A stretch of 64,000 nucleotides of DNA from Candidatus Omnitrophota bacterium (GTDB lineage: Bacteria > Omnitrophota > Gorgyraeia > Zapsychrales > Zapsychraceae), in assembly GCA_015233115.1 (NCBI GenBank), contig JADFYJ010000005.1, forward strand, positions 22,359-86,358, given 5' to 3'. Position numbers and translations under genes: made by a program. The notes beneath the pieces were generated by a model. It was not told the origin of the DNA. It searched no databases and saw only the letters and a program-made list of their open reading frames with translations. Below, piece after piece: positions 17,242 through 27,090 of the stretch (its first letter is position 1; each line of letters opens with the position of its first letter).

Positions 17242-18198
17242 TCAATGTTCTAATGTTGACAAATGTTTAATGCGTTTGAGCATATTTGGATGCGTGCTGA
17301 GGATTTCCATCATTTTATCTGTAAAACTAACATTGATCTCTCTATTGCGTAATGCTGAGAGTTCAGCCGAATCAATGCTATGGCTCCCGTCCTGATCCAA
17401 TTCTTTTAATTCACGGATCTCTGCTGATGCCCGGGACGGGTCACTAGCAAAAAAAGCTTTCATCCCTTCTGCTTCGCGGATAACATCTTTATCCAGGCGG
17501 GCAGCTCCGTAAACTAATTTATAAAGCGCGGAAGCTAATTTCGCCGGAGGATTGCCTAATTCGACTGACCCTTTATCCGCAAAATACTCACGGATACGGG
17601 ACGCATAAAGGATCAATAAATTCGTAATAAAATAAAATATAAACGCAGCTAAGCCGACAAAAGCCGCATTGCCGCGCTCTCTCCCTCTTCCTCCGTAAAA
17701 TAAAAAACTCCAGGCAATACGGTACAAAATCATAGGAATAACGGACAGTATGGTAATCGTGAGCACGTCCCGGTTTTTCAAATGGGTAATTTCATGACCA
17801 ATCACGGCTTTTAATTCATCTTCCTCCAAAAGATCCACAATCCCTTTTGTCACACAAACCCGGCCGTCACGTTGCCCGCGGCCAAACGCAAAAGCATTGG
17901 GAATCTCAGATTGGGACACACAAACACGCGGTATAGGAATGCCGGCACGCGTAGCCTGATCTTCAACCATTGCGAATAATTCAGGAAAATCTTCCCGCTG
18001 AATATACCTCACGCCCATGGTCCATTCCACCATCTTGGGACCAATCATATATTGAACCAGCATAATCCCCACAGAAATGACCAGATAAAAATAAAAATTC
18101 GTCACGCCCATGGATGTCCCCACCATAACCACAATGGCATAAACAATCGCGAACAAAACGCCCAATAACATCATCATGCGAGTCTGCAAAGAAAACAT
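17242..18198 (-). CDS. htpX: M48-family zinc metalloprotease HtpX
   Basis: 318-aa ORF with N-terminal TM helices and HEITHLKNRD (HExxH) plus downstream E. Confidence 0.85.
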   Translation of the reverse strand: MFSLQTRMMMLLGVLFAIVYAIVVMVGTSMGVTNFYFYLVISVGIMLVQYMIGPKMVEWTMGVRYIQREDFPELFAMVEDQATRAGIPIPRVCVSQSEIPNAFAFGRGQRDGRVCVTKGIVDLLEEDELKAVIGHEITHLKNRDVLTITILSVIPMILYRIAWSFLFYGGRGRERGNAAFVGLAAFIFYFITNLLILYASRIREYFADKGSVELGNPPAKLASALYKLVYGAARLDKDVIREAEGMKAFFASDPSRASAEIRELKELDQDGSHSIDSAELSALRNREINVSFTDKMMEILSTHPNMLKRIKHLSTLEH

Positions 18199-18216
18199 AA
18201 GTTTCTCCTGTAAGAG

Positions 18217-18358
18217 TATGTAGTGCGTAGTATGTCGTATGTAGCAAAAACGAAAATAAAAAATAAATTTTTTTCAAAAAACAATCCGTAAATCAACTTT
18301 GTGTTTTTTTCAGCCAATCGCGTTTTTTCACCACATACTACATACCACATACTACATA
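18217..18358. repeat. Heptamer inverted-repeat element (GTATGTA family): arm GTATGTAGTGCGTAGTATGTCGTATGTAGCAAAAACGAA, AT-rich spacer, core CCAATCGCGTTTTTT, arm CACCACATACTACATACCACATACTACATAC
   Basis: Arms are tandem 7-nt units in inverted orientation. Lies between the htpX start and the RNase-J-like stop (the arm overlaps the stop codon). Confidence 0.75.
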
Positions 18359-19765
18359 CTAAAAAATAAATTCTTGTCCCAACTTTGGTATTAATATATT
18401 TGCAAAACCAAATTTTTCTAACGCGGTTTTGAGTGCTTGCTGACGGTCGATTTCACCGTGAACTAAAAAAATGGTTTGAATTTTTTTAATACTTTGGTTA
18501 GAAATGTAAGCCATTATTTCGGTTTGATCCGCGTGCGCGCTGAACGAATCCATGACTTCAATTTTGGCTTTGACTTGTTTCATTTCTCCAAACATCCACA
18601 CTTCTTTCGCCCCATCCCGTAATTCAGCGCCGATCGTTCCTTTAGCACAGTATCCAACAATTAAAATAGTCGTGTTCGCTTCTTCAATGTGATTAGCCAC
18701 GTGATGTTTAATCCGTCCGGCATTGATCATGCCTGACGCGCTTATAATAATAGCCGGCCCTTGAAGGGCGTTTAATGCTTTTGAATCTTCCAAATCGCGG
18801 ATATATTTTAAACCATTAAAACCAAACGGATCCGGGTCTTTTTTTATATATTCAACCATATCTTTATCAAAACATTCCGGGTGATTCCTGAAAATATCCG
18901 TCGCGCTGACTGCCAAAGGGCTGTCCACATAAACAGGAATATTCGGCATTTTACGTTCATTCGCGAATTGATCTAAAAGATAAATAATTTCTTGTGTCCG
19001 TCCGACACTAAAAGCAGGTATCAATAATTTACCCTTATTAACTACGCACGTTTGTTTAATAATTTCTAACAGCCGATCTGCATCTGAATGAATATTCTCA
19101 TGTTCCTGTCCGCCATAGGTGGATTCAGTAATCAAATAATCCAGCTGATCCATACGTACCGGATCTTTTAAAATCGGACGGTTAGGCCTGCCGATATCTC
19201 CGGTAAATCCGAATACTTTTTCCTGGTCAAGTTCAACCTTGACTTTTAAGGTTATACTCGCGCTGCCAATGATATGACCGCTGTCCTTAAACACTGCTGT
19301 CGCATGGTCATTTAATACTACGGCCTGTTCATAATCCACGCTTTCAAACAATTTCATACAGTCTTCTACATCTTTATCAGAATATAACGCTACCGCGGGT
19401 TCAGTCGCGTTCCGGCGGCGGTGATCTTTATTCGCATATTCAGCGTCGCGCATTTGAATCTTGGCACTGTCTAACAACATGAGCGCAGCCAAATCTTTCG
19501 TCGCGGAGGTGCAGATAATCCGCCCGTGAAAGCCGTTTTTGACCAAAAGCGGAATTCTGCCGCAATGATCAATGTGCGCGTGTGTCAGCAATAAGCAATC
19601 AATTTTAGCCGGATCAAACAACCACGAACGATTAAGCTTTTCCGTGTCTTGTTCTGCGCCTTGATGCATACCGGCGTCCACCAAAATGGAATAGCCATTG
19701 TCTAAAACCAGCATATGACAACTGCCCGTGACTTCTTGATCTGCTCCGCAAAATTTTAGTTTCAT
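18359..19765 (-). CDS. MBL-fold beta-CASP ribonuclease (RNA-metabolising metallo-beta-lactamase, RNase J/CPSF73-like)
   Basis: 468-aa ORF with LTHAHIDHCGRIP (HxHxDH) and beta-CASP/RMMBL blocks downstream. Confidence 0.75.
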   Translation of the reverse strand: MKLKFCGADQEVTGSCHMLVLDNGYSILVDAGMHQGAEQDTEKLNRSWLFDPAKIDCLLLTHAHIDHCGRIPLLVKNGFHGRIICTSATKDLAALMLLDSAKIQMRDAEYANKDHRRRNATEPAVALYSDKDVEDCMKLFESVDYEQAVVLNDHATAVFKDSGHIIGSASITLKVKVELDQEKVFGFTGDIGRPNRPILKDPVRMDQLDYLITESTYGGQEHENIHSDADRLLEIIKQTCVVNKGKLLIPAFSVGRTQEIIYLLDQFANERKMPNIPVYVDSPLAVSATDIFRNHPECFDKDMVEYIKKDPDPFGFNGLKYIRDLEDSKALNALQGPAIIISASGMINAGRIKHHVANHIEEANTTILIVGYCAKGTIGAELRDGAKEVWMFGEMKQVKAKIEVMDSFSAHADQTEIMAYISNQSIKKIQTIFLVHGEIDRQQALKTALEKFGFANILIPKLGQEFIF

Positions 19766-19782
19766 AATAATATCAAAAATTT

Positions 19783-19896
19783 AGTTGATGGTTTTTGGTT
19801 GTTAGTTTTTGGTAAACAGTTCACAAAACAATCGCTTTTTCTCTGTTACTCTGTCACTTTACCACTCTCTACTTTGTACTCTGTGCTCTCTACTTT
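19783..19896. repeat. Heptamer repeat element (TTGATGGTTTTTGG / TACTCTG family) with core ACAATCGCTTTTTC, 5' of the RNase-J-like gene
   Basis: AGTTGATGGTTTTTGGTTGTTAGTTTTTGGT ... CAATCGCTTTTT ... CTCTGTTACTCTGTCACTTTACCACTCTCTACTTTGTACTCTGTGCTCTCTACTTT. The right arm runs into the SpoIID C-terminus. Confidence 0.7.
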
Positions 19897-21036
19897 ATCT
19901 AATTGTTCTAAATCCGCGCCGGGATAATAAAGTTCTAATATTTTTTTATAATCAAAGCCTTCTTTAGCCATTTCATACGCGCCCCATTGCGACATCCCTA
20001 CGCCATGGCCCCAGCCTTTTCCTACCACATCAAAATAAAATCCCTGCATAACAATATCATAATTATTACTGCGGATATCATTAGGCCCAAGAATATCCCG
20101 GAAATCCTTACCCGTCAACAGCACAAATTTCCCGTCACTGTCTATCACTTTGATCTTGCGGATACGGCCGCTATCATTGCGCTCCACCACTTCAATATTG
20201 ACAATCGGACCAGCCGGATACCCTTTGGCATTCAGGCGTTTTTGAACATCAGCTGATTTAAAATTTTTCTTCCAAGTATAATTTTTTCCAAAACGCGAAT
20301 AAGGGTCAGGCACGCCCCTCAACGGAGACAAATCATGATGATTCCACAGCTCCGCGGCATCTTCTGTATGATCGCCGGAATTGGAATGAAAATACGCGGG
20401 AAGAATACTGCCCCGATAGGTTAATACTTCACCTTTGGTTCCATCAACCGCTAAACTGGTGCGGAACCTTTCCGCATTGCGTCCACCGTATACTTGAGAA
20501 TAAATATCCGTTTTAACGTCATAATCCTGTTTGACATTTTCATGCGCCTGATAAACAGCGTAAGAACGGGCGGCCACAGCCTGGGCTTTCATGGCGTCCA
20601 TCGGCCAGCGGTCCGTCACTTCGTGATATAGAACGCCTTTGATATATGTTTCCAAATCCAGATGATTTACCAGATTGAATTTAATTTTATCCTTGATGAT
20701 TATATCGACAGCTCCCCGGTATCGTTTACGTTCTCCATTGTCGAGGTAAATAGTAATGTCTTGACTGGAATCAATGCGGATGCGGTTGCCACGGAAAAAT
20801 CGTTTTCCAATATAAATAAAATTACCACGGGAAAGAACGCGGGATTTATGAAGAGCATCTCCTTCAAATATCGTGGCCTTCGCCTTTTGATCAATAATCC
20901 GATAATGACCACTGGCCGATACCACAATGTTATCCAGATTTTCCATGACCAAAACACGGATGTCCGGCGATTCGATAGCGCGCACGATACACGTGTTACA
21001 AAATAACAATATAAATAAAATTAAAAATTTTTTCAT
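19846..21036 (-). CDS. SpoIID/LytB-domain protein (amidase-enhancer family)
   Basis: Signal peptide from MKKFLILFILLFCNTCIVRA. SpoIID blocks ...YSQVYGG... and ...FHSNSGDHTEDAAELW. The C-terminal KVESTEYKVESGKVTE is encoded by the 7-nt repeat element, so the stop may be later than the functional end. Confidence 0.7.
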   Translation of the reverse strand: MKKFLILFILLFCNTCIVRAIESPDIRVLVMENLDNIVVSASGHYRIIDQKAKATIFEGDALHKSRVLSRGNFIYIGKRFFRGNRIRIDSSQDITIYLDNGERKRYRGAVDIIIKDKIKFNLVNHLDLETYIKGVLYHEVTDRWPMDAMKAQAVAARSYAVYQAHENVKQDYDVKTDIYSQVYGGRNAERFRTSLAVDGTKGEVLTYRGSILPAYFHSNSGDHTEDAAELWNHHDLSPLRGVPDPYSRFGKNYTWKKNFKSADVQKRLNAKGYPAGPIVNIEVVERNDSGRIRKIKVIDSDGKFVLLTGKDFRDILGPNDIRSNNYDIVMQGFYFDVVGKGWGHGVGMSQWGAYEMAKEGFDYKKILELYYPGADLEQLDKVESTEYKVESGKVTE

Positions 21037-21066
21037 AATAAACCCATGGAACACCGCGTCGGAGTC

Positions 21067-21282
21067 CTAAAGGCCACCGGCGCGGTGTTTAATTTTTAAG
21101 ATCAACGTAATTATAACGCTTATTAAAATACACGTTGCTAAAGGAAAATAAAACGTAAAATTTTCTTTTTTGATCAAAATATCGCCGGGCAAACGGCCGA
21201 GGCCTATTTTACTTATCAGAGGCCAAGCTACTCCGATTAGAACAACGATTAGCCCTAAATAAATTAATAATTTTTGCATTTT
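21067..21282 (-). CDS. DUF2905-family small membrane protein
   Basis: Internal start MQKLLIYLGLIVVLIGVAWPLISKIGLGRLPGDILIKKENFTFYFPLATCILISVIITLILK matches the DUF2905 hallmark LGRLPGDI...FYFP. The track ORF (to 21393) has an unlikely N-terminal extension. Confidence 0.55.
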   Translation of the reverse strand, partial: KMQKLLIYLGLIVVLIGVAWPLISKIGLGRLPGDILIKKENFTFYFPLATCILISVIITLILKIKHRAGGL

Positions 21283-21348
21283 CTTAACCGCGTACGCTGT
21301 TTTATTATTTATTAAATAACAGAGTAATTCTATCTTCGCGTTAATTTT

Positions 21349-21474
21349 CAAACCGCGTGCCCAGACACAAGGTTTGCGTTTAAACCGAATCACCGAGCGA
21401 GTTCAGCTCCGCTTCGGAGCTGCTGTTTGAGCGAATGATTTGGTTTAAATGCTAACCGCTCTACCGCGCGCTTT
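21349..21474. repeat. ~126-nt structured repeat element, copy 1 (long imperfect hairpin with conserved internal motifs CCGAGCGAGTT / TTGTTTGAGCGAA and inner stem CAGCTCCG-CTT-CGGAGCTG)
   Basis: About 90% identical to 31585-31713. A diverged third copy at 58357-58430 has compensatory stem changes. Possibly an ncRNA or MITE/REP-like element; strand unknown. Confidence 0.6.
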
Positions 21475-21485
21475 ACAGTTCAACT

Positions 21486-22487
21486 CTACGCTTTTTTAAT
21501 ATGTTTCACCGCTTCTTCTGTAATTTCTCGACCTCGCGAAGTCCGCCGTAAAAATCCAATTTTTAATAAAAACGGCTCAACTACATCGACCAGCGTATCT
21601 GTTTCTTCATTCAATGTAGCAGCTAAAGTTTCAATACCGACCGGTCCGCCTTTGTATTGCTGGTGCAAAATTTTTAATAAACGGCGGTCGAGTTCATCCA
21701 AGCCGTATTCATCAATGCCTAAAGTCCCCATCGCATTGCGGACCAGATTGATTTCAACCTCAGCTTTACCAGTTTTCACTTGCGCGTAATCCCGCATCCG
21801 GCGGAACAAACGGTTCGCGATGCGCGGTGTTCCTCTAGCGCGCCGGGCAATTTCTAAAGCCGCGTCATCAGCCATCAACACATTTAATTTTTTAGCAGAA
21901 CGCAGGACAATCTCTTTTAATTCCTGCGGCTCATAAAATTCCAGATGATAAAAAAGTCCAAACCGGTCCCGTAACGGCGAAGCCAATAACCCGCTACGTG
22001 TTGTTGCCCCAATTAATGTAAAAGGTTTTAAACTAAAATTGATCGTCTTAGCGAATTGTCCTTTATCAACGATAAAATCGACTTTAAACCCTTCCATGGC
22101 TGGGTAAAGAAACTCTTCCACGGTTTTCGAAAGCCGATGGATTTCATCAATAAATAATATATCCCCTTGTTCTAAATTCGTTAAAATCCCGATTAAATCT
22201 CCGGCACGTTCAATAGCTGGTCCGGAGGTAACAGTAATTCTCGCGCTCATCTGATGCGCGACAATATTGGCCAATGAGGTTTTTCCCAACCCCGGGGGAC
22301 CGGAAAACAACATATGCTCAACCGGTTCATTGCGGTGCTTGGCCGCCTCAAGCGCGACTTTTAAATTAGCCACAACATCTTTCTGCCCGACAAATTCATC
22401 GAGAGATGACGGACGCAATGACAAACTATAAACCCGGTCTTCTTCATTTTCCTGATTAAAAACTATGCGTTTACGTTCTTCTTCCAT
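21486..22487 (-). CDS. ruvB: Holliday junction branch-migration helicase RuvB
   Basis: 333-aa ORF: Walker A GPPGLGKTSLA, DEIHRL, and a winged-helix C-terminus. Canonical RuvB. Confidence 0.9.
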   Translation of the reverse strand: MEEERKRIVFNQENEEDRVYSLSLRPSSLDEFVGQKDVVANLKVALEAAKHRNEPVEHMLFSGPPGLGKTSLANIVAHQMSARITVTSGPAIERAGDLIGILTNLEQGDILFIDEIHRLSKTVEEFLYPAMEGFKVDFIVDKGQFAKTINFSLKPFTLIGATTRSGLLASPLRDRFGLFYHLEFYEPQELKEIVLRSAKKLNVLMADDAALEIARRARGTPRIANRLFRRMRDYAQVKTGKAEVEINLVRNAMGTLGIDEYGLDELDRRLLKILHQQYKGGPVGIETLAATLNEETDTLVDVVEPFLLKIGFLRRTSRGREITEEAVKHIKKA

Positions 22488-22701
22488 AATTTTGTTAAGT
22501 GATAAACGGGGTAAAGGTGATAAATGTATAAAGGTTCAAAAAACTCATATTAAAAACCCTCACAATAAAAATGCAATCCTAAACAATTTAAACAAGCCGA
22601 TATGCAAACAATAAATCAAAAATTGCTAAAAAAATTAATTTAAATTATCATCTTATATAATATTCATTTCATAAAACAATTTGCTTTTTCAATCAGAAAT
22701 C

Positions 22702-23487
22702 TTAATCATTAATTTTTCCATCAAACGCATTTTCCTTTACTACCTCTACCGCGTTTACCACCTCTACCACTACACGAATGATTTCAATATTTTCAAACGC
22801 GCGTTTTTGAACAGCTTTAATTTGTTTTAGCCGGATGAGCTCCAGGATCGCCAAAAATGTTACTACAATTTCCATCTTAGACCGGCAATGGCCGAATAGT
22901 TCGTTTAAATACATACGCTCCTGATCCAGCAAAGTTTCTGTAATATATTGAACTTTTGATTCAACCGTGTACTCTTCTTTCATGATTTCATGAACCAAAT
23001 CTTCAGGGATCTTTTTCAAAGCCTCGGACAGCGCGCTGATCAGGTCGAAAAGATTAGTATCATGATAAACTTCTTTAGCTTCTTCCTTCCACTGTCTTTT
23101 TTGTTCATCATCCGGCGGACGTGGGAATAAATCTTTGCGGGCTTTTTCTTTCTGTTCCAGTTCTCCGGCTATTTCTTTAAATCTTTGATATTCAGCTAAT
23201 CTGCGGATGAGCTCTTCTTTAGGATCGTCAGGATTCTTTTCTTCTTCATTGTTTTCCAGCGGCAGGAGCATGCGGGATTTGATATGCATCAAAGTAGCGG
23301 CCATAACCAAAAAATCGCCGATCAGATCCAGGTCAAGAATCTGCATTACTTCTATAAATCTCATATATTGCTCAGTGATCGACGCAATAGGAATATTCTG
23401 GATATCAAGATCATTTTTCCGGATCAGATAAAGCAACAGATCCAATGGGCCTTCAAAAATGTCAAGACGGATTTTATATCCCATCAA
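22702..23487 (-). CDS. scpA: Segregation and condensation protein A
   Basis: 261-aa ORF, N-terminus ...DIFEGPLDLLLYLIRKNDLDIQNIPIASITEQYMRFIE is the ScpA signature. Confidence 0.8.
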   Translation of the reverse strand: MMGYKIRLDIFEGPLDLLLYLIRKNDLDIQNIPIASITEQYMRFIEVMQILDLDLIGDFLVMAATLMHIKSRMLLPLENNEEEKNPDDPKEELIRRLAEYQRFKEIAGELEQKEKARKDLFPRPPDDEQKRQWKEEAKEVYHDTNLFDLISALSEALKKIPEDLVHEIMKEEYTVESKVQYITETLLDQERMYLNELFGHCRSKMEIVVTFLAILELIRLKQIKAVQKRAFENIEIIRVVVEVVNAVEVVKENAFDGKIND

Positions 23488-24461
23488 AAAATAACCTCTT
23501 TGATTTCCGCGATTGTCTGCTTCGCGATTAAAGACGCCTTTTTACGACCTTCCTCCAAAATATCCCAAACCTTTGCGCGGTCTTTGGCATATTTTTCACG
23601 GCGTTCGGTGATCGGCTTCAAATAGTCGACCAGCACTTCCGCCAATATTTTTTTGCAATCCGTGCAGCCCTTTTGAGCGTTCACGCACCACTCTCTCACT
23701 TCTGATGTTTTCTCCGGAGCAAAAATGGAATAATAACTAAACACATTACATTCATCCGGGTGGCCCGGGTCTTTTAAACGTAATCGTTGTGGATCCGTGA
23801 ACATGCCTTTGACTTTGGCGCGTATTTCATCGGGAGTATCCGCTAAATTAATGGCATTCTGATAACTTTTGCTCATTTTCCGGCCGTCTAATCCTAATAA
23901 CCGGGGTGTTTGAGTCAGAATCGCTTCACAATCCGTAAAATATTCTGTTTTAAAAATATGGTTAAAACGGCGACTGATTTCTCTGGTCAATTCCAAATGC
24001 GGCAGTTGATCTTCGCCGATCGGCACCGCATTCGCTTTATACAAAAGAATATCCGCGGCCTGCAAAACCGGATAACCTAAAAATCCGTAAGTCTGCAGAT
24101 CTCTCGTCGTGATCTCACGTAACTGTTCCTTATAGGTCGGATTACGTTCAAGCCATCCTAATGGGGTGATGCAAGAAAAAATCATCTGCAATTCCAGATG
24201 TTCAGGCACATGGGATTGAACGCAAAAAATAGCGCGGTCCGGGTCTAAGCCGCAAGCCAGCCAGTCAATCACCATATCGACAGTATTTTCTTTTAATACT
24301 TTGCTGTTCTCATATTCACCCATGAGCGCGTGCCAATCAGCTACGCCGAACACGCAGTGATATTTATCCTGAAATTCCCGCCAATTACTGAGGGCTCCAA
24401 CTAAATGGCCCAAATGCAATTTGCCGGTCGGCCGCATGGCACTATAAACCCGTTTCATCAT
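23484..24461 (-). CDS. trpS: Tryptophan--tRNA ligase
   Basis: 325-aa ORF with HIGH-type TGKLHLGHLVG and KMSKS motifs. Confidence 0.9.
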   Translation of the reverse strand: MMKRVYSAMRPTGKLHLGHLVGALSNWREFQDKYHCVFGVADWHALMGEYENSKVLKENTVDMVIDWLACGLDPDRAIFCVQSHVPEHLELQMIFSCITPLGWLERNPTYKEQLREITTRDLQTYGFLGYPVLQAADILLYKANAVPIGEDQLPHLELTREISRRFNHIFKTEYFTDCEAILTQTPRLLGLDGRKMSKSYQNAINLADTPDEIRAKVKGMFTDPQRLRLKDPGHPDECNVFSYYSIFAPEKTSEVREWCVNAQKGCTDCKKILAEVLVDYLKPITERREKYAKDRAKVWDILEEGRKKASLIAKQTIAEIKEVIF

Positions 24462-26923
24462 AGTCGCTGAGCCACTTTCTGTTCGTCGTAGATTTCTAAA
24501 ATATCTCCGACTTCATATTTGTCAAAACCATTAATCGTCAAGCCGCATTCCATAGATTCTGTCACTTCCTTCACATCATCCTTGAAACGCTTGAGCGAAC
24601 TGATTGATCCTGAAAACACACATTCTCCATTACGCATGACATCAATCTTCGCTTTGCGCGGCGCTTTGCCTTTTAAAACATAGCATCCGGCGACAATACC
24701 ATGCTTAGATAACTTAAACACTTCTCTGACTTCAATACGAGCCAGAAAATTCTTAACCGTTTTAGCCTCTAACATACCTTCCAAAGCATTATGCATGTCC
24801 TGCACCGCGTCATAAATGATGCGGTATTCACGAACTTCAACGGCTAAATGCTCCATTTCAGCACGCGCCCGGGAATCTATCCCGACATTAAACGCAATAA
24901 TAATCGCGCTCGAAGCCTGGGCCAAAACCACATCAGATGTATTGACCACACCTACACCCGCATGAATAAAATTGATTCGCACTTTATCACTAGGCAATTT
25001 CATCAATGAATCTTTGAGTGCTTCGACTGAACCCTGCACATCGCCTTTCAAGATCACATTCAATTCTTTCATCTCTCCGGCTTTTAAATGAGCGTACAAA
25101 GTTTCCAACGTCACGCGTTGCTGCGCGTTCAAACGTTCTTTTTTAATTTGTTCCTGCCGTTGAGACGCGATCTCTTTGGCTTTACGATCATCCTCGACAA
25201 CATAAAATTTCTCTCCAGCAGACGGAACTTCCGGTAAACCCAAAACTTCAACCGGCGTCGCAGGCCCTGCCGATTTGACCGGACGATTATAATCATCCAC
25301 CATGGCTTTTACTTTTCCATAATATGGTCCAACCACAATATAATCGCCCTCTTTTAACGTCCCGTTCTGGACGATCAAAGTCGCTAACGAACCCCGGCCC
25401 TGGCTTAAATGCGCTTCCACAACAATTCCTGACGCATGGCGATCTGGATTTGCTTTCAGTTCCAGCAATTCCGCTTCCAAGAGCATCATTTCTAATAACT
25501 GATCGATACCTGCTCCGGTTTTTGCAGACACCGGAACCACAATCGTTTTACCGCCCCATTCTTCCGGCATAAAACCAATATCCGACAGTTGTTTCTTAAC
25601 CCGGTCAGGATCTACAGTTGATTTATCCATTTTATTTAAAGCAATCACAATTGGCACATTAGCGGCTTTGGCATGATCAATAGCTTCCAAAGTCTGAGGC
25701 ATAATTCCTTCATCAGCGGCAATTACAATAATAGCAATATCTGTAATATGCGCGCCGCGTGAACGCATGGCTGTAAACGCTTCATGGCCAGGGGTATCTA
25801 AAAATGTTACCATTCCTCGGGGAGTTTTAACAGAATAAGCCCGCATGTGCTGAGTGATCCCGCCATGCTCAGAGTCTGTAACATTACTTTTGCGGATCGA
25901 ATCCAACAAGGATGTTTTACCATGATCAACGTGGCCCATTAAAGTAACAACAGGCGCTCGCAGCTTTAATAACGAGGGATCATCCGTTTCTTCATGAAAT
26001 AAAATTAATTGCTCTTCTTCAGTTTTTATTTCAATCAATTTAAAACCAAATTTTTGGATCACAGTTTCTGCGACATCTTTATCCAAAGACTGATTGATAT
26101 GGCAAAATAACCCCATATCCATGAGGATTTTTAAAATCGCGCTGGATTTTTGCCCAATACGCGTGCTTAAGTCTTTAACTGTGATTGGAACCTTCATTTC
26201 GACCCCAACCAACTCCTTGGCGCCTTCAGCAGACGCCGCTAAAGGAACAACTGGCTTGGCGGCAGAATGTTCTTCATCTGTTAAAAATGCGCGTGCTGCT
26301 GCCGCGTCATCAGCTTCTTTGGAACCAACTGGCCGTTTCTTTTTACGACTCAAAGGCGTTAAAGTAATTAACGGTTCATCACCAATCGAAATAGCCGGTT
26401 TCTTTTTAGCTTGGGCGTCTAGCTTAACTTCTGGTTTAATTTCAGGTTTGGGTTCCTGTTTGATTATAGGAACAATTTCCGGTTTAGCTTCTACTTTAAC
26501 AGCTGTTATACCAGGCGTTACTTTTTCAATAGAAGAGTCTTCACTTATATTTTTAGAAACCCGTTTCGCTGCAGCTTTAGGCTCTTCCACAACAGGCACA
26601 GCTACAACAGAAATTGGTTCTCCATCGGTTTTTTTCACGACGCGTTTACGGGCAGGTTTCTTGACCGGCGCTTCCTCCTCATCTAAATTAGGCTGACCTT
26701 TCATAATCGTTTCCAAAACCTGAGGAGATATTCGCGCCAATTTTTGCCCAGGAAAAGGAATCTTTCTTTTATCCAGAGAATTCAAATGGCCGCGCACAAC
26801 AGACAAAACCACGGCATTGAGCTCTTGATCTGCATCCTTGGCTTTCAACTTAAACGATTTAATGGTCTCTAAAATAAAATCGGTGGTCGTATTATATTCT
26901 TTAGCTAAATCACTAACTTTCAT
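24458..26923 (-). CDS. infB: Translation initiation factor IF-2
   Basis: 821-aa ORF. G-domain [24 protein letters not shown]. Low-complexity N-terminal region. Followed by nusA and rimP, the conserved nusA-infB cluster. Confidence 0.9.
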   Translation of the reverse strand: MKVSDLAKEYNTTTDFILETIKSFKLKAKDADQELNAVVLSVVRGHLNSLDKRKIPFPGQKLARISPQVLETIMKGQPNLDEEEAPVKKPARKRVVKKTDGEPISVVAVPVVEEPKAAAKRVSKNISEDSSIEKVTPGITAVKVEAKPEIVPIIKQEPKPEIKPEVKLDAQAKKKPAISIGDEPLITLTPLSRKKKRPVGSKEADDAAAARAFLTDEEHSAAKPVVPLAASAEGAKELVGVEMKVPITVKDLSTRIGQKSSAILKILMDMGLFCHINQSLDKDVAETVIQKFGFKLIEIKTEEEQLILFHEETDDPSLLKLRAPVVTLMGHVDHGKTSLLDSIRKSNVTDSEHGGITQHMRAYSVKTPRGMVTFLDTPGHEAFTAMRSRGAHITDIAIIVIAADEGIMPQTLEAIDHAKAANVPIVIALNKMDKSTVDPDRVKKQLSDIGFMPEEWGGKTIVVPVSAKTGAGIDQLLEMMLLEAELLELKANPDRHASGIVVEAHLSQGRGSLATLIVQNGTLKEGDYIVVGPYYGKVKAMVDDYNRPVKSAGPATPVEVLGLPEVPSAGEKFYVVEDDRKAKEIASQRQEQIKKERLNAQQRVTLETLYAHLKAGEMKELNVILKGDVQGSVEALKDSLMKLPSDKVRINFIHAGVGVVNTSDVVLAQASSAIIIAFNVGIDSRARAEMEHLAVEVREYRIIYDAVQDMHNALEGMLEAKTVKNFLARIEVREVFKLSKHGIVAGCYVLKGKAPRKAKIDVMRNGECVFSGSISSLKRFKDDVKEVTESMECGLTINGFDKYEVGDILEIYDEQKVAQRL

Positions 26924-27090
26924 AAAAGTTAAATTCCTTGTAAAGGTTAAAAGTGAAAAGTGAAAAGTGAAAAGTGAACGCTTTTCACATCAATCGCTTT
27001 TTCATCTATCGTCTATCTTCTTTTGACTCTGTACTTTGTACTCTATACTCTCTACTTGTTTTCCAGCCCCTCCTCTGTTGAGCCCCCGCT
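26924..27090. repeat. Heptamer repeat element ((GAAAAGT)x4 / TACTCTG family) with core CATCAATCGCTTTTTC, 5' of infB and overlapping the nusA 3' end
   Basis: AAAAGTGAAAAGTGAAAAGTGAAAAGTGAACGCTTTTCACATCAATCGCTTTTTCATC...CTCTGTACTTTGTACTCTATACTCTCTACTTG. Confidence 0.7.

Noticed and set aside
21349-21474. Interpreting the structured element simply as intrinsic terminators of ruvB, rseP and ppnP.
   Set aside because: - The inner hairpin is not followed by a U-tract on either strand.
- Conserved single-stranded motifs flank the hairpin.
- The element is much longer (~130 nt) than a terminator.
- A terminator role cannot be excluded but does not explain the conservation pattern.
26094-26696. 200-aa plus-strand ORF inside infB; similar antisense ORFs inside nusA, serA, the aminotransferase and the kds genes.
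   Set aside because: They are antisense to highly conserved housekeeping genes. The low-complexity Ala/Ser/Gly-rich translation is typical of antisense frames of a GC-richer coding region.
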